Of a stretch of DNA of 64,000 nucleotides, positions 1 to 8,947 are shown one piece after another. Under the pieces are notes generated by a model. It ran no database searches and was not told where the DNA came from. It saw nothing but the letters and a program-made list of their open reading frames with translations. Each line of letters starts with the position of its first letter. Within the stretch, counting starts at the first letter, position 1. The stretch lies in the IMG/VR virus record IMGVR_UViG_3300021959_000011, positions 76,927 to 140,926 of that record, one strand, 5' to 3'. A program made the position numbers and the translations under genes. This DNA comes from a virus.

Positions 1-843
1 ACCTTTTGCAGTAGAGATAGGTTGTGCAATCCCACCAGCACTAACACCAACAAAAACAACACCACCATTAAAATTATCTGGTAAGTTTTCACTACTCACA
101 GAAGTATATCCCTGAGACCAATCAATCCAGATTTCACCAAGGGCGTTTGTCTGAATAGAACCAAATTGTGGAATTCTCAGTTTATCTACGCCGAGGGGGG
201 ATAGTTTAATTTGAAATGAAGGATCTCCAGCAATAACTCTTAAAGTCTCCATTGTTACATTTGGATATAAAACTCCACCACTTTCAAACACAAGGGGAGC
301 TCTTCTTGTTACACCATCCAATTCTGGATAAGTGTCAGTTATCCCTGTACCAAGTGCAGTACCTTCAAGTAATTCAATATTAGTTGTGATGCCAGATATA
401 CTTGGAATGAGATGCATATACTGACTATTAATAATTCCAGCGCCAGGGTTATATGGTTCATTTTTGTTCTCCTCTGTACCTATCATTGTTAAAATGACAG
501 GATACTCATTTAAAATATAAGATAATTCTTCATCTTCTCCAAATCTATCTTTTTCGCTCATAAGTACATTAAATACAACTAGTCCAGCACCTCTATCGTA
601 AATATCTTGGATAATCTCCCCATAAATACTTCGAGGAAATGGCCATTGTCCATATTCATCAATAGTTGTTTCATCTATATTGACTGTAAAAATATTATTT
701 TGTTGTATTGGTTGACTTGTAATAAGAGTGTCAAAATATCTTAACCTAACACTCTCAACAAAATTTGGATTGACATGATAGATCCATGTCAGACATGCGA
801 GTAGTAAAATACTCCATACAGGTGAAAGTAAAACTTTTTTCAT
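1..843 (-). CDS. CHASE2-domain membrane sensor, probably adenylate/guanylate cyclase (3' end outside window)
   Basis: Not in ORF track. ATG at 843 reads MKKVLLSPVWSILLLACL... then IFTVNIDETTIDEYGQWPFPRSIYG, the CHASE2 N-terminal signature. The cyclase domain is inferred, not seen. Confidence 0.8.
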   Translation of the reverse strand, partial: MKKVLLSPVWSILLLACLTWIYHVNPNFVESVRLRYFDTLITSQPIQQNNIFTVNIDETTIDEYGQWPFPRSIYGEIIQDIYDRGAGLVVFNVLMSEKDRFGEDEELSYILNEYPVILTMIGTEENKNEPYNPGAGIINSQYMHLIPSISGITTNIELLEGTALGTGITDTYPELDGVTRRAPLVFESGGVLYPNVTMETLRVIAGDPSFQIKLSPLGVDKLRIPQFGSIQTNALGEIWIDWSQGYTSVSSENLPDNFNGGVVFVGVSAGGIAQPISTAKG

Positions 844-1115
844 GACAACTTTTTCTTTATATACAATACTACCGCATAAACTGTTAAAAGATACACTGTT
901 GCGATACTAACATCTACAATATGTTCTCTCATATTATATATAAATTCTATTCCTGCCTGAACATCTCCCTGACCACCTACACCAACATTTTCTGTAATAT
1001 TGATTGTTTTGCCTTCGAACCCGTCAAAGGCGCCATCCTCAATAATAATTTCACAATCGTCACATTCGCCGTCTTGCCAAGGTTCTACTGTTTGATTAAT
1101 TTCAATGTCATTCAT
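840..1115 (-). CDS. Small acidic protein with C-terminal TM helix
   Basis: ORF track; hydrophobic C-terminus; overlaps the CHASE2 start codon. Confidence 0.6.
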   Translation of the reverse strand: MNDIEINQTVEPWQDGECDDCEIIIEDGAFDGFEGKTINITENVGVGGQGDVQAGIEFIYNMREHIVDVSIATVYLLTVYAVVLYIKKKLS

Positions 1116-1122
1116 TTTTTCC

Positions 1123-1821
1123 TCAATTCTGTGTCACATTTACTGTACACCCAGATGAATTAGTGCAATAATTTGTAATAGAGATTGATTTTGATGCTGG
1201 GTCTTGGTAACTTGATCCAAGTTGTTGTATATTTGCTGTCACGGGCCCGCCAGCATTTGTTACATTGATAGTTGCTGAGTTATTAAGTGAACGTTGGTAA
1301 AGAGTAACATCGTTGTCATCACCTGTCACATAGATACCACCATAGGCTACACCATAACTGTCGCTGTTATGTTTTACTGTATTACCATCACCAGTTATAT
1401 AAGTCTCACTTTCTTTGTGTCCACCCCAACTACCACCACTACTATTATTGATTAACCGACTCATTACAGTATTTTCATCACCTGTTATTTCTACAATAGT
1501 TTCTCTGGTGTTGCCATTGTTTTGTCCGGCCGCATGACTAGTTCGAACTATGTTTTCATTTCCAATCATTGTCACATCTACAACACTGTTATCACTTTTA
1601 TAACCTCTACTCCACCCTACTGCATTACCATTTAAGTCAATACAATTACTGTCAGCATTAGGTGTGGCACAATAACGAAATTCGTTATCCCGTCCATCTT
1701 GAACCACAGTAAGTTCAAGATTGTCGCCAACTTGATTGATATAAATTTCGTTACTATTGGACTTGGATGATATTAATAGTGTTATTACCAACACCAAGCC
1801 GATAGTTATATATTGCTTCAT
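1123..1821 (-). CDS. Curlin-repeat-like secreted protein
   Basis: Signal peptide; NEIYINQVGDNLELTVVQDG and repeated ITGD.N.V beta-solenoid units. Confidence 0.7.
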   Translation of the reverse strand: MKQYITIGLVLVITLLISSKSNSNEIYINQVGDNLELTVVQDGRDNEFRYCATPNADSNCIDLNGNAVGWSRGYKSDNSVVDVTMIGNENIVRTSHAAGQNNGNTRETIVEITGDENTVMSRLINNSSGGSWGGHKESETYITGDGNTVKHNSDSYGVAYGGIYVTGDDNDVTLYQRSLNNSATINVTNAGGPVTANIQQLGSSYQDPASKSISITNYCTNSSGCTVNVTQN

Positions 1822-2869
1822 CTTGTTGCTCCACGTTTATCGTATACCCATATTCTTGGTTTAATTCTAAATCAATATAATGAGTAATGGATGCATCTTC
1901 TCTACTAAACTTCCAATTTGGTTCTTCAACTTCTAATGTTATTCTTGTGGCTGGATCGTATCCAAATACTTTATCTGCAAAAAATTCTTCGTTCTGTTTT
2001 TGTAACTCATCTTTAAATAATTCCGCCAATGCTAGGTTCATCGTGTCTAACATATCATGCAACAATTCTTGTAAATATAAGTCAGTATTATTTAGTTCAG
2101 TTACCCAGATGTTTTTGATATCGTCTAAAAGTACATCTTCATCCAACCCATCATATTCTAAAAAGTCAATATCTAAAAAATCATAAATTTTTCGCGCCTT
2201 GCGTACAATTTCTTCTTCCTCTTCTATATATGGAGATTTCTTTCTAAGAATTAAGAGATTTGTAATATCGGATTCTTCTAAAGGTAATATTAATGGTTTT
2301 AACGGTGGGGTCCAAGATTGTTTTACAATAGTTGTTTGATAAGATTGATTCATTATAACAATACCATTATCATTTTCTACAGTAATTTCACCAGTAACAC
2401 AATATCCACTTATATCACAACTAGGCAGTAATGTAACCATTGTGCCACCAATTTCATCTACAACCATTACAAAATCCGTGCCACGCACATTAATCTTTGC
2501 ACTAGGAGTTCTTATGTTTACACGCTGTCTACTATTCTTTGCAATTTGACCACTTGCGTATCTAACTGTACCCAGAGTTGCCCTTAAACCCAATCTACCA
2601 GTACGAGTATTTGGATCATAAACAAAATCATCGATCAACAATCTTGCATGTTCTGTAATATCTACTCTAGTTTCATCAACAAAATCGATTCTCATTCTAC
2701 CCTTGGCAGTAACAGCAGTATCCATAGGCATAACACCTACGCCCCTGCCACCATCAATAACTTGATTATCTCTTTCTAACACTCCACTACCACTAAACTT
2801 ACCTATTTCACCGGCACTACCAAACGCATAAGTTGGTATCAACAATAATAGACTTATTATCCTAAACAC
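1754..2869 (-). CDS. FecR-domain periplasmic protein
   Basis: Signal peptide; GRMRIDFVDETRVDITEHARLLID and VNIRTPSAKINVRGTDF motifs. Confidence 0.8.
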   Translation of the reverse strand: MFRIISLLLLIPTYAFGSAGEIGKFSGSGVLERDNQVIDGGRGVGVMPMDTAVTAKGRMRIDFVDETRVDITEHARLLIDDFVYDPNTRTGRLGLRATLGTVRYASGQIAKNSRQRVNIRTPSAKINVRGTDFVMVVDEIGGTMVTLLPSCDISGYCVTGEITVENDNGIVIMNQSYQTTIVKQSWTPPLKPLILPLEESDITNLLILRKKSPYIEEEEEIVRKARKIYDFLDIDFLEYDGLDEDVLLDDIKNIWVTELNNTDLYLQELLHDMLDTMNLALAELFKDELQKQNEEFFADKVFGYDPATRITLEVEEPNWKFSREDASITHYIDLELNQEYGYTINVEQQDEAIYNYRLGVGNNTINIIQVQ

Positions 2870-2870
2870 A

Positions 2871-3599
2871 TTAGTCTCTCTGGATAATATCTACTTCGGC
2901 ATTATCACCCACAAATGTTGCATCAACTTTTGTATCATAAATTCCACTTTGGTTTATACTAAACCAACCGCCACCACCAGTAATACTTAATGTAACACTA
3001 TGTCCGGCACTATCACCGGCACCAGATTGGTCAATCTTTACATAATTGCCAGGAGCTTCAGTAGCTAATCCAGAATGACCGTCAGAAACTGTACCACTTG
3101 CAAGTGAATTTTCATTGTTTATTGTCACAGTAATATCTGCGGCCTTACCATCCTGATCAACATCAATGACGTTTCCATCACCAGTAATGGTAAATACGGC
3201 AACTAGGTCTTCCGCATCGCCGGTTTCACCAATTCTGAACAGAAATTTGTTATCATCTCCAGTTGTCGCAATATTCAATGTGACATCTTCACAATTTGTA
3301 CCAGAAGTATCATCACACGTCAGATCCACAGTATTGTCATCACCAGTAAATACCCACGTACCAGTGTAACTATTACCTTTTATCAGTGCATCAATTTCAT
3401 TAAAATTACCTGTTTGAGTAATTGAGAATGTCATATCATCACCATCTAAAAGAACATCTGTTGTAGAGTCACCAAACTCATTGTCCTGACCATCTTGCGT
3501 AATAGCTAAATCTAAATTATCACCAGATTGTGTAATATAGATATCATTAGCAAATACTGGAAACGAAAAGAATATCAATGGAATTATATATTTCCACAT
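2871..3599 (-). CDS. Curlin-repeat-like secreted protein
   Basis: Signal peptide; ANDIYITQSGDNLDLAITQDGQDN and Q-x-G-x-x-N repeats. Confidence 0.75.
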   Translation of the reverse strand: MWKYIIPLIFFSFPVFANDIYITQSGDNLDLAITQDGQDNEFGDSTTDVLLDGDDMTFSITQTGNFNEIDALIKGNSYTGTWVFTGDDNTVDLTCDDTSGTNCEDVTLNIATTGDDNKFLFRIGETGDAEDLVAVFTITGDGNVIDVDQDGKAADITVTINNENSLASGTVSDGHSGLATEAPGNYVKIDQSGAGDSAGHSVTLSITGGGGWFSINQSGIYDTKVDATFVGDNAEVDIIQRD

Positions 3600-3620
3600 A
3601 TCTTATTTCTCCTTAATAAA

Positions 3621-4421
3621 TTATTTGAATTTCCATAATTTTTTATCAACACCTTCATAAACCAATTCTATAATTCCCTGCTCTATCGCAGCTCTTACTG
3701 CATAATTTACAGGTTCGTTTACTGAAAAACCAGATTCTGTTTCTACGAGTTTTGTACCTAAATCCAAAAACTTAAAAACATCTGCGCCGGTTCTATAACT
3801 TGCAATAGATTTTTCTGTTGCAATACTCATTAAGACCTTACCAGTGTTAACGCTAACTAATCTCATTACGACAGTAACTGTATCTATTCTATATTCTGTT
3901 TGTGCGCCGATGCCAAGATATCTTCCACCAACACCACCTACAGCCGTATTACTGTCATAACCAACTACACCACCTTCTAAAATCAAACCCGCAAAAATCA
4001 TAGGTTTTAATTTTATGGGTCCGTTTGGTAAATCCTTTTCGTATACCTCTCTTGTATTTCTAATAAGTTGTCTTTCTTTAATAAGGTTGTCCATACCAAC
4101 TCTTTCAACAACCTCAAACCATTCACCCTGTCCAACATCCTGTAGGGCCTTTATAACCCAAACCTCCGAACCTTGTGTTACGGCCGAACTTAGATTTGCA
4201 ATACCATCTGATGGTTTTCTCTGTCCAGTTTTATCCAAAAACTGATAGACTGCAATAGTAATTTTATCACCATCTATTGGTGGTACTGCTGCCAATCGTT
4301 CTTTGATAGGACTCTCCTGTGATACTGGAGAATCGTCCAAACTATTCAGAACATCAAGAGATTGCATTACTGCACATCCGCCTAAAAAATTCATAAAAAA
4401 TATTATAAAAAATATTCTCAT
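3621..4421 (-). CDS. csgG: Curli secretion channel CsgG-like lipoprotein
   Basis: Lipobox LGGC; AVYQFLDKTGQRKP, LSSAVTQG, WFEVVERVGMDNLIKERQLIR, VNEPV motifs. Confidence 0.92.
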   Translation of the reverse strand: MRIFFIIFFMNFLGGCAVMQSLDVLNSLDDSPVSQESPIKERLAAVPPIDGDKITIAVYQFLDKTGQRKPSDGIANLSSAVTQGSEVWVIKALQDVGQGEWFEVVERVGMDNLIKERQLIRNTREVYEKDLPNGPIKLKPMIFAGLILEGGVVGYDSNTAVGGVGGRYLGIGAQTEYRIDTVTVVMRLVSVNTGKVLMSIATEKSIASYRTGADVFKFLDLGTKLVETESGFSVNEPVNYAVRAAIEQGIIELVYEGVDKKLWKFK

Positions 4422-4883
4422 TTAAAATCCAAATTCTCCACTGCCTGGCACAGTAATTTCTGTAACAGTACCATCATCACCAACAATAGTTAGTGTGATT
4501 TCACCAGTAGTTTCATCTCTAATCCAACTAATAGTTGAACCTTCAATCGATGCTGTACCTGTATTTGAACAAGTATCAGTACAATCTGCAAACATCGAAT
4601 CTACCATCTGTTTAGAAAGTTGTGCGTAAATTCTAGATTCAATGTTACGAATAAATTTATTTAGAGTTGTATTATTCAATTCTCTTTCTATTCGTGCGGC
4701 CTCAGATTCTGCATCTTTTCGAAGTTCTTCTTTTCTATTATGTTGCAACTGTTCAACACTCAGTACATGAGTAGAATATCCATTACCATAATGAAATGCA
4801 GGGTTCTTAAATCCCCATGTCATTTCAGAACCATATACTGGAAATGTTAATAATAATATCACTAATATAAAAAAGATTTTCAT
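4422..4883 (-). CDS. csgF: Curli assembly factor CsgF-like
   Basis: Signal peptide then SEMTWGFKNPAF (CsgF F.NP.F motif); C-terminal GTVTEITVP; adjacent to csgG. Confidence 0.85.
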   Translation of the reverse strand: MKIFFILVILLLTFPVYGSEMTWGFKNPAFHYGNGYSTHVLSVEQLQHNRKEELRKDAESEAARIERELNNTTLNKFIRNIESRIYAQLSKQMVDSMFADCTDTCSNTGTASIEGSTISWIRDETTGEITLTIVGDDGTVTEITVPGSGEFGF

Positions 4884-4891
4884 AATTATTC

Positions 4892-5182
4892 CTACTTATC
4901 TTTATTCTTTAAAAACTCATCTATTTCTTCTTCAGTTGGTATTTTTTGTTCTTTAGATTGTAAAATCATATTTAATTTTGTATTTAGTCTAATTAAATCA
5001 TTATCCATCATTCTTATGCGATCAATTAATGCAATCAAAGTCATATGAGATTCTTCGATTACAGGGTCGACTTCCTTAGTAACCCAATTCCAAATATAAA
5101 ATATGAAATATCCTAGTCCTACCGCAGCGATTATTGGAAATCCATACTGCGATACTAAATCACCTAAATTTTGATCTGGCAT
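4892..5182 (-). CDS. Single-TM coiled-coil protein, holin-like; paralog of 5554-5841
   Basis: YGFPII TM segment; DRIRMMDNDLIRLN. Confidence 0.6.
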   Translation of the reverse strand: MPDQNLGDLVSQYGFPIIAAVGLGYFIFYIWNWVTKEVDPVIEESHMTLIALIDRIRMMDNDLIRLNTKLNMILQSKEQKIPTEEEIDEFLKNKDK

Positions 5183-5385
5183 TATTCTGACTCAGACAAA
5201 TCTTCTGGATTACATCTCATCAACCAACCATGTTCATTTACAACAAACTTATCGCCGGGCTTATAAAGGTGATACTCCTTTACAGAATTTCCATCCTTAT
5301 CCATTCCCATCACTTCGCCTGGCCAATCACCTTTGACTGTAAAATTATTGCCGGCCTGCTCAATACTATATTCAACCCATAACAT
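5182..5385 (-). CDS. Small hypothetical protein (67 aa, start MLWVEY)
   Basis: Start re-assigned to 5385; paralogous to 5372-5551. Confidence 0.6.
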   Translation of the reverse strand: MLWVEYSIEQAGNNFTVKGDWPGEVMGMDKDGNSVKEYHLYKPGDKFVVNEHGWLMRCNPEDLSESE

Positions 5386-5551
5386 TTTCAGCACCAATTT
5401 TTTCAAAGTACCCATTTGGGCCAACTCTATAAACATCACCGATTTGTAATTCAACATCATCAATGATAAAAAATTTATCATCTGGATTTTTATTTGTCAA
5501 AATGCGAAAACCATTTTGAAATTTCATTAGTAGTAAATCTTTCCACAACAT
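5372..5551 (-). CDS. Small hypothetical protein (59 aa, MLWKDLLLMKF...)
   Basis: Hand translation, below ORF-track cutoff; fills the operon gap. Confidence 0.6.
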   Translation of the reverse strand: MLWKDLLLMKFQNGFRILTNKNPDDKFFIIDDVELQIGDVYRVGPNGYFEKIGAENVMG

Positions 5552-5553
5552 AT

Positions 5554-5841
5554 TTAGTCCTTTCTAGCATCTTTTTGTCCATCTGCCCTTGCAATTCTAT
5601 TTAAATCTGCAGGGAGCATTGGAATATTAAATGAACGGCACATTAATATATCTATTCTCAAAAGTTCATTATTCATCGTTTTCACTCTATTATCAAGAGA
5701 CTTTACGAATCCTCTTTGGGTACGGATATCATCTAAGACTCCGGCCAATATGAATTTCAATGTTAGGAACACAAAAAATCCACCCGCCAAAGCGGATGCA
5801 ATTGGAAACCCCACATCACTGACCAAATCTAAAATATCCAT
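5554..5841 (-). CDS. Single-TM coiled-coil protein, holin-like
   Basis: VGFPIA TM segment; DNRVKTMNNELLRID; GAGGA RBS. Confidence 0.6.
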   Translation of the reverse strand: MDILDLVSDVGFPIASALAGGFFVFLTLKFILAGVLDDIRTQRGFVKSLDNRVKTMNNELLRIDILMCRSFNIPMLPADLNRIARADGQKDARKD

Positions 5842-5860
5842 AATAGTTTATCCTCAAAAC

Positions 5861-5868
5861 TATTTATA
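5861..5868 (-). promoter_or_regulatory. T4-type late promoter TATAAATA heading the curli operon
   Basis: Exact TATAAATA on - strand about 20 nt upstream of the start at 5841. Confidence 0.7.
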
Positions 5869-5889
5869 AAAATCAAAGAATTTACTTTA

Positions 5890-6366
5890 TTATCCTTGGG
5901 CCGACATGATAAGAAACACAATTAATGCCAATATTCCTGATAGACAAAGTATTAAAAATATAATTAATAGAAATTCAAAAAACTTTTTACGTCTTTCCAT
6001 TTGTTTATAAATGGTTTCTTCTCTTTCTTTTCGAATATTTCTACGCAACTCTACCATTTCTTTCCACGTACCATAACCAAAACGGTTATTCAGTAGTGCC
6101 TGTAGGTCTGCCTCTTGTTCTGCGAGTTTCTTTTTATGAATAATTATCTGGAGGGCCTCTTCTTCGACAGAACCAGAAGAAAAAAGTTTAGTAAATAGTG
6201 GGGGATTTTTTCTTTGACTCTCTGCTCGAGTCAAATCTGCTGCAGCACCATACCAACGACCAAGATGACCGGCGACTTCTTCCAAGTCTCTTCCGGCCGA
6301 TACTAATTTACGTATACCATTGTATGCTGTAGTTGCAGCAGTTATTGCTGTTATGGGGTCAATCAT
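5890..6366 (-). CDS. Hypothetical protein with C-terminal TM helix
   Basis: ORF track; MIDPITAITAA start; late promoter at 6455-6462. Confidence 0.7.
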   Translation of the reverse strand: MIDPITAITAATTAYNGIRKLVSAGRDLEEVAGHLGRWYGAAADLTRAESQRKNPPLFTKLFSSGSVEEEALQIIIHKKKLAEQEADLQALLNNRFGYGTWKEMVELRRNIRKEREETIYKQMERRKKFFEFLLIIFLILCLSGILALIVFLIMSAQG

Positions 6367-6467
6367 TATTATACCTTTTACTTTACACCGTAAATATAAG
6401 AAATTTACGTTACATAGTAAATAATGATCTAAGGTTTCAATTCACATTACAAAGTATTTATAATATT

Positions 6468-6752
6468 TTAAAAAACTCTACCACTTTCAGTCTCATTAAT
6501 TAATCTACTCCATATCTTTAATTTGTTTCGTTTATGTTCTTCACGAATTTCCACTTCGTTCCAACTAAACATATCCCATTCGTGGGCAAGATTAATCATC
6601 GTCATAACATCTCCAAGTTCATCTTGGAATTTTTTTCTGTCGTATTCACCTTTACGAATACATTTGGAACATTCTTGAATTAATTCGGCACATTCTTCCA
6701 TAAGAATTACCAAAAGTTCATCTCTAGGGTCTTTGAACTGTTTAATACTCAT
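6468..6752 (-). CDS. MazG-like nucleotide pyrophosphohydrolase
   Basis: LMEECAELIQ...DELGDV motif. Confidence 0.7.
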   Translation of the reverse strand: MSIKQFKDPRDELLVILMEECAELIQECSKCIRKGEYDRKKFQDELGDVMTMINLAHEWDMFSWNEVEIREEHKRNKLKIWSRLINETESGRVF

Positions 6753-6942
6753 TTTAGCGACAAATCCATCTTTACTAAAACCATAGTACCATCTACCTCT
6801 ACGGCCACATATGTATCAGATTGTTGTACACCTAATTGTTTAAAAGTTTGGTTTCCAGAAACTGTTAATCTGATGTTTGCATCGTCATCAGTTATCCAAG
6901 ATGTTGTTGTGTTTACTCTATGCATAATATAATCCTATTAAT

Positions 6943-7019
6943 TGGTCGGAGTTAGAGGATTCGAACCTCTGACCCTCTGCTCCCAAAGCAGATGCGCTAC
7001 CAGACTGCGCCAAACTCCG
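6943..7019 (-). tRNA. tRNA-Pro(TGG)
   Basis: Cloverleaf, anticodon loop TTTGGGA, GGTTCGAATCC T-arm, encoded CCA. Confidence 0.95.
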
Positions 7020-7309
7020 TTTTATTTTAGTTTTCAGAAACTACTTTAATCATTTCATCAAAAAATTTAAAGTAAAGATTGTCTCCAAGAATATCCATCC
7101 AACCATCAATGCACAAATCTGCATCGATAAAGTTCCAATTGAAAGAACCGTTGTTGTTGATATTTTCTGGATTGTTTGCAGCAACTTCGAACGCATTTTC
7201 AAAACCTACCGCAACTTCTGATGATACATAATTCATAAGTGATTCCTTTTTTTCTAACTACCCTTATAACATATCTGATTCGATACTGATTGTCAAGCGA
7301 ATAATTAAT

Positions 7310-7520
7310 GTGTAGGTGGGATTTAGGAATACCCACAATTCCAGAATGATACATCCTCTATCAAACTATCTGAAAAGCCTCATATCAAACTAGTTAGGTC
7401 TGAAATCTAGCACTCCCTGTCTCCAGAGTCTACAAGTGTCACTACAACTATGAGCCAAGTTAGGGGCTGTATTACCCCCATTTCCTTGCACTACAATCCC
7501 TACTCCGTCGAGTTTGGATT
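7310..7520 (-). ncRNA. Structured RNA, manA-motif-like
   Basis: About 210 nt, more GC-rich, no ORF, own TTGACA-17-TATACT promoter. ACTCGACGGAGT...GTGCAAGGA 5' part and GTGGGT...ATCCCAC 3' hairpin resemble the manA RNA motif as recalled; tRNA-adjacent. Confidence 0.55.
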
Positions 7521-7703
7521 TTTTAAACTTACTTGTGAAGTATATCACATTTTATATATTGTGTCAAGTCTTTTTTAAATTTTAATTAAACCATCCATAT
7601 GTTAAACACCATAATTCCAAATAAATTTTATGGACACCAAAAACGACTATTGGCATTAAAGGTATCGATAAGAGCCAAAATAATGGATCTGTTAATATAT
7701 CTT

Positions 7704-7916
7704 TCATTTCTTTCCTTGGTTAACTTGAACACAAATTCCCTGTGTATCTATGGGAAAGTGTCCATTTGGATTTCTCCCAATTTCTTCTGCAAGACTTTCT
7801 CTTGCCATAAAACAATCATACATGTTTGAAAATTCCCAATAACCTTCTACTCTAGGTTGCTTAACATTGTCTTCTGGGGTCAGACTAAACACTATGAAAA
7901 CTAAAACCCATTTCAT
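7704..7916 (-). CDS. Small secreted Cys-containing protein
   Basis: ORF track; hydrophobic N-terminus. Confidence 0.6.
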   Translation of the reverse strand: MKWVLVFIVFSLTPEDNVKQPRVEGYWEFSNMYDCFMARESLAEEIGRNPNGHFPIDTQGICVQVNQGKK

Positions 7917-8122
7917 TTATCTTTCCTTAGTGACCAACTAGCTGGTGATAATTCTTCCCAAATAAGTGTATCGCCATCATCCCAACCCATTTGATTCAAG
8001 AGGTCAACTGGCAATGGAAGAATTAAATCTTCTCCATCTTGTTCTATCTTAACAGTAAAACTATCTTTACGATTTACGGCATCATAGTTGGGATAACCTT
8101 TTTCAAATACTGGATTGTTCAT
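7913..8122 (-). CDS. AbrB/MazE-like swapped-hairpin DNA-binding protein
   Basis: TVKIEQDGEDLILPLPVDLLNQMGWDDGDTLIW. Confidence 0.65.
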   Translation of the reverse strand: MNNPVFEKGYPNYDAVNRKDSFTVKIEQDGEDLILPLPVDLLNQMGWDDGDTLIWEELSPASWSLRKDK

Positions 8123-8279
8123 TTTCTATTCTTTTCATAATTTCATCTCTACGTTTATCTGTCATTTTTGTCCATAACATAATTTCTTCCTGACTTCTAC
8201 CACAACCAACACATTCCATATGTGTGTGTTTATTCACTAGGTGACATAATTTTATGCATGGACTTTTTAGTTTTTTCAT
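8103..8279 (-). CDS. DUF1289-family Cys-rich protein (58 aa)
   Basis: Hand translation: SPCIKLC...CVGCGRSQEEIMLWTKMTDKRRDEIM. Confidence 0.75.
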   Translation of the reverse strand: MKKLKSPCIKLCHLVNKHTHMECVGCGRSQEEIMLWTKMTDKRRDEIMKRIENEQSSI

Positions 8280-8283
8280 TTTA

Positions 8284-8370
8284 TGGTGCCCGCAGCTGGA
8301 CTTGAACCAGCACAGCGATATCGCCGACAGATTTTAAGTCTGTTGTGTCTACCTATTCCACCATGCGGGC
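8284..8370 (-). tRNA. tRNA-Leu(TAA)
   Basis: Cloverleaf with long variable arm, anticodon loop CTTAAAA, CCA end. Confidence 0.95.
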
Positions 8371-8378
8371 ATATTATT

Positions 8379-8885
8379 TTAATCTGTAATGTACGTAGTA
8401 TTTACGTATACTCTAATTGTATTACCCATTGGTAGAGTTGTTGGATGTATTGTAATCATTGTACCATTGACATCAGCAGTCACGATATAGTGACTAATTT
8501 TTTCAATAGTGTTATATGTATATTGGGTATAACATGATTGAATTGGACGATATCCTGAGATAACTCTTTGATTACCTCTATCCCCTGCAATAACTCCACC
8601 AATGATCGCACCGGCGGCTGCACCTTGGTCATTACCTGTGGCACCTTTACCTAGTAATCCGCCAATAATCATACCCTGAAGTACATTCGCACCACCATTA
8701 CCACCTACATTTCCATAAATTGGAGCTTGAGTAGTATTACACACTCTCTCTGGCACTTTCTCCATAAAAGATGTATAAACTGGTGACGAACTAAGAATAC
8801 GTGCATCAACGTATTCCCCTGCATTTACAGGAGTAGTTGCAAATAGGGCGAGACCAACAAAGGTTGACTTCAAAAACGATTTCAT
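8379..8885 (-). CDS. Glycine-zipper envelope protein
   Basis: Signal peptide; GMIIGGLLG...GAAAGAIIGG; own TTGACA-17-TATAGT promoter. Confidence 0.75.
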   Translation of the reverse strand: MKSFLKSTFVGLALFATTPVNAGEYVDARILSSSPVYTSFMEKVPERVCNTTQAPIYGNVGGNGGANVLQGMIIGGLLGKGATGNDQGAAAGAIIGGVIAGDRGNQRVISGYRPIQSCYTQYTYNTIEKISHYIVTADVNGTMITIHPTTLPMGNTIRVYVNTTYITD

Positions 8886-8947
8886 TTTTTTCTCCACGTT
8901 CATTATGTATATACTATAACAGAAGTATATGTATTTGTCAATACATT

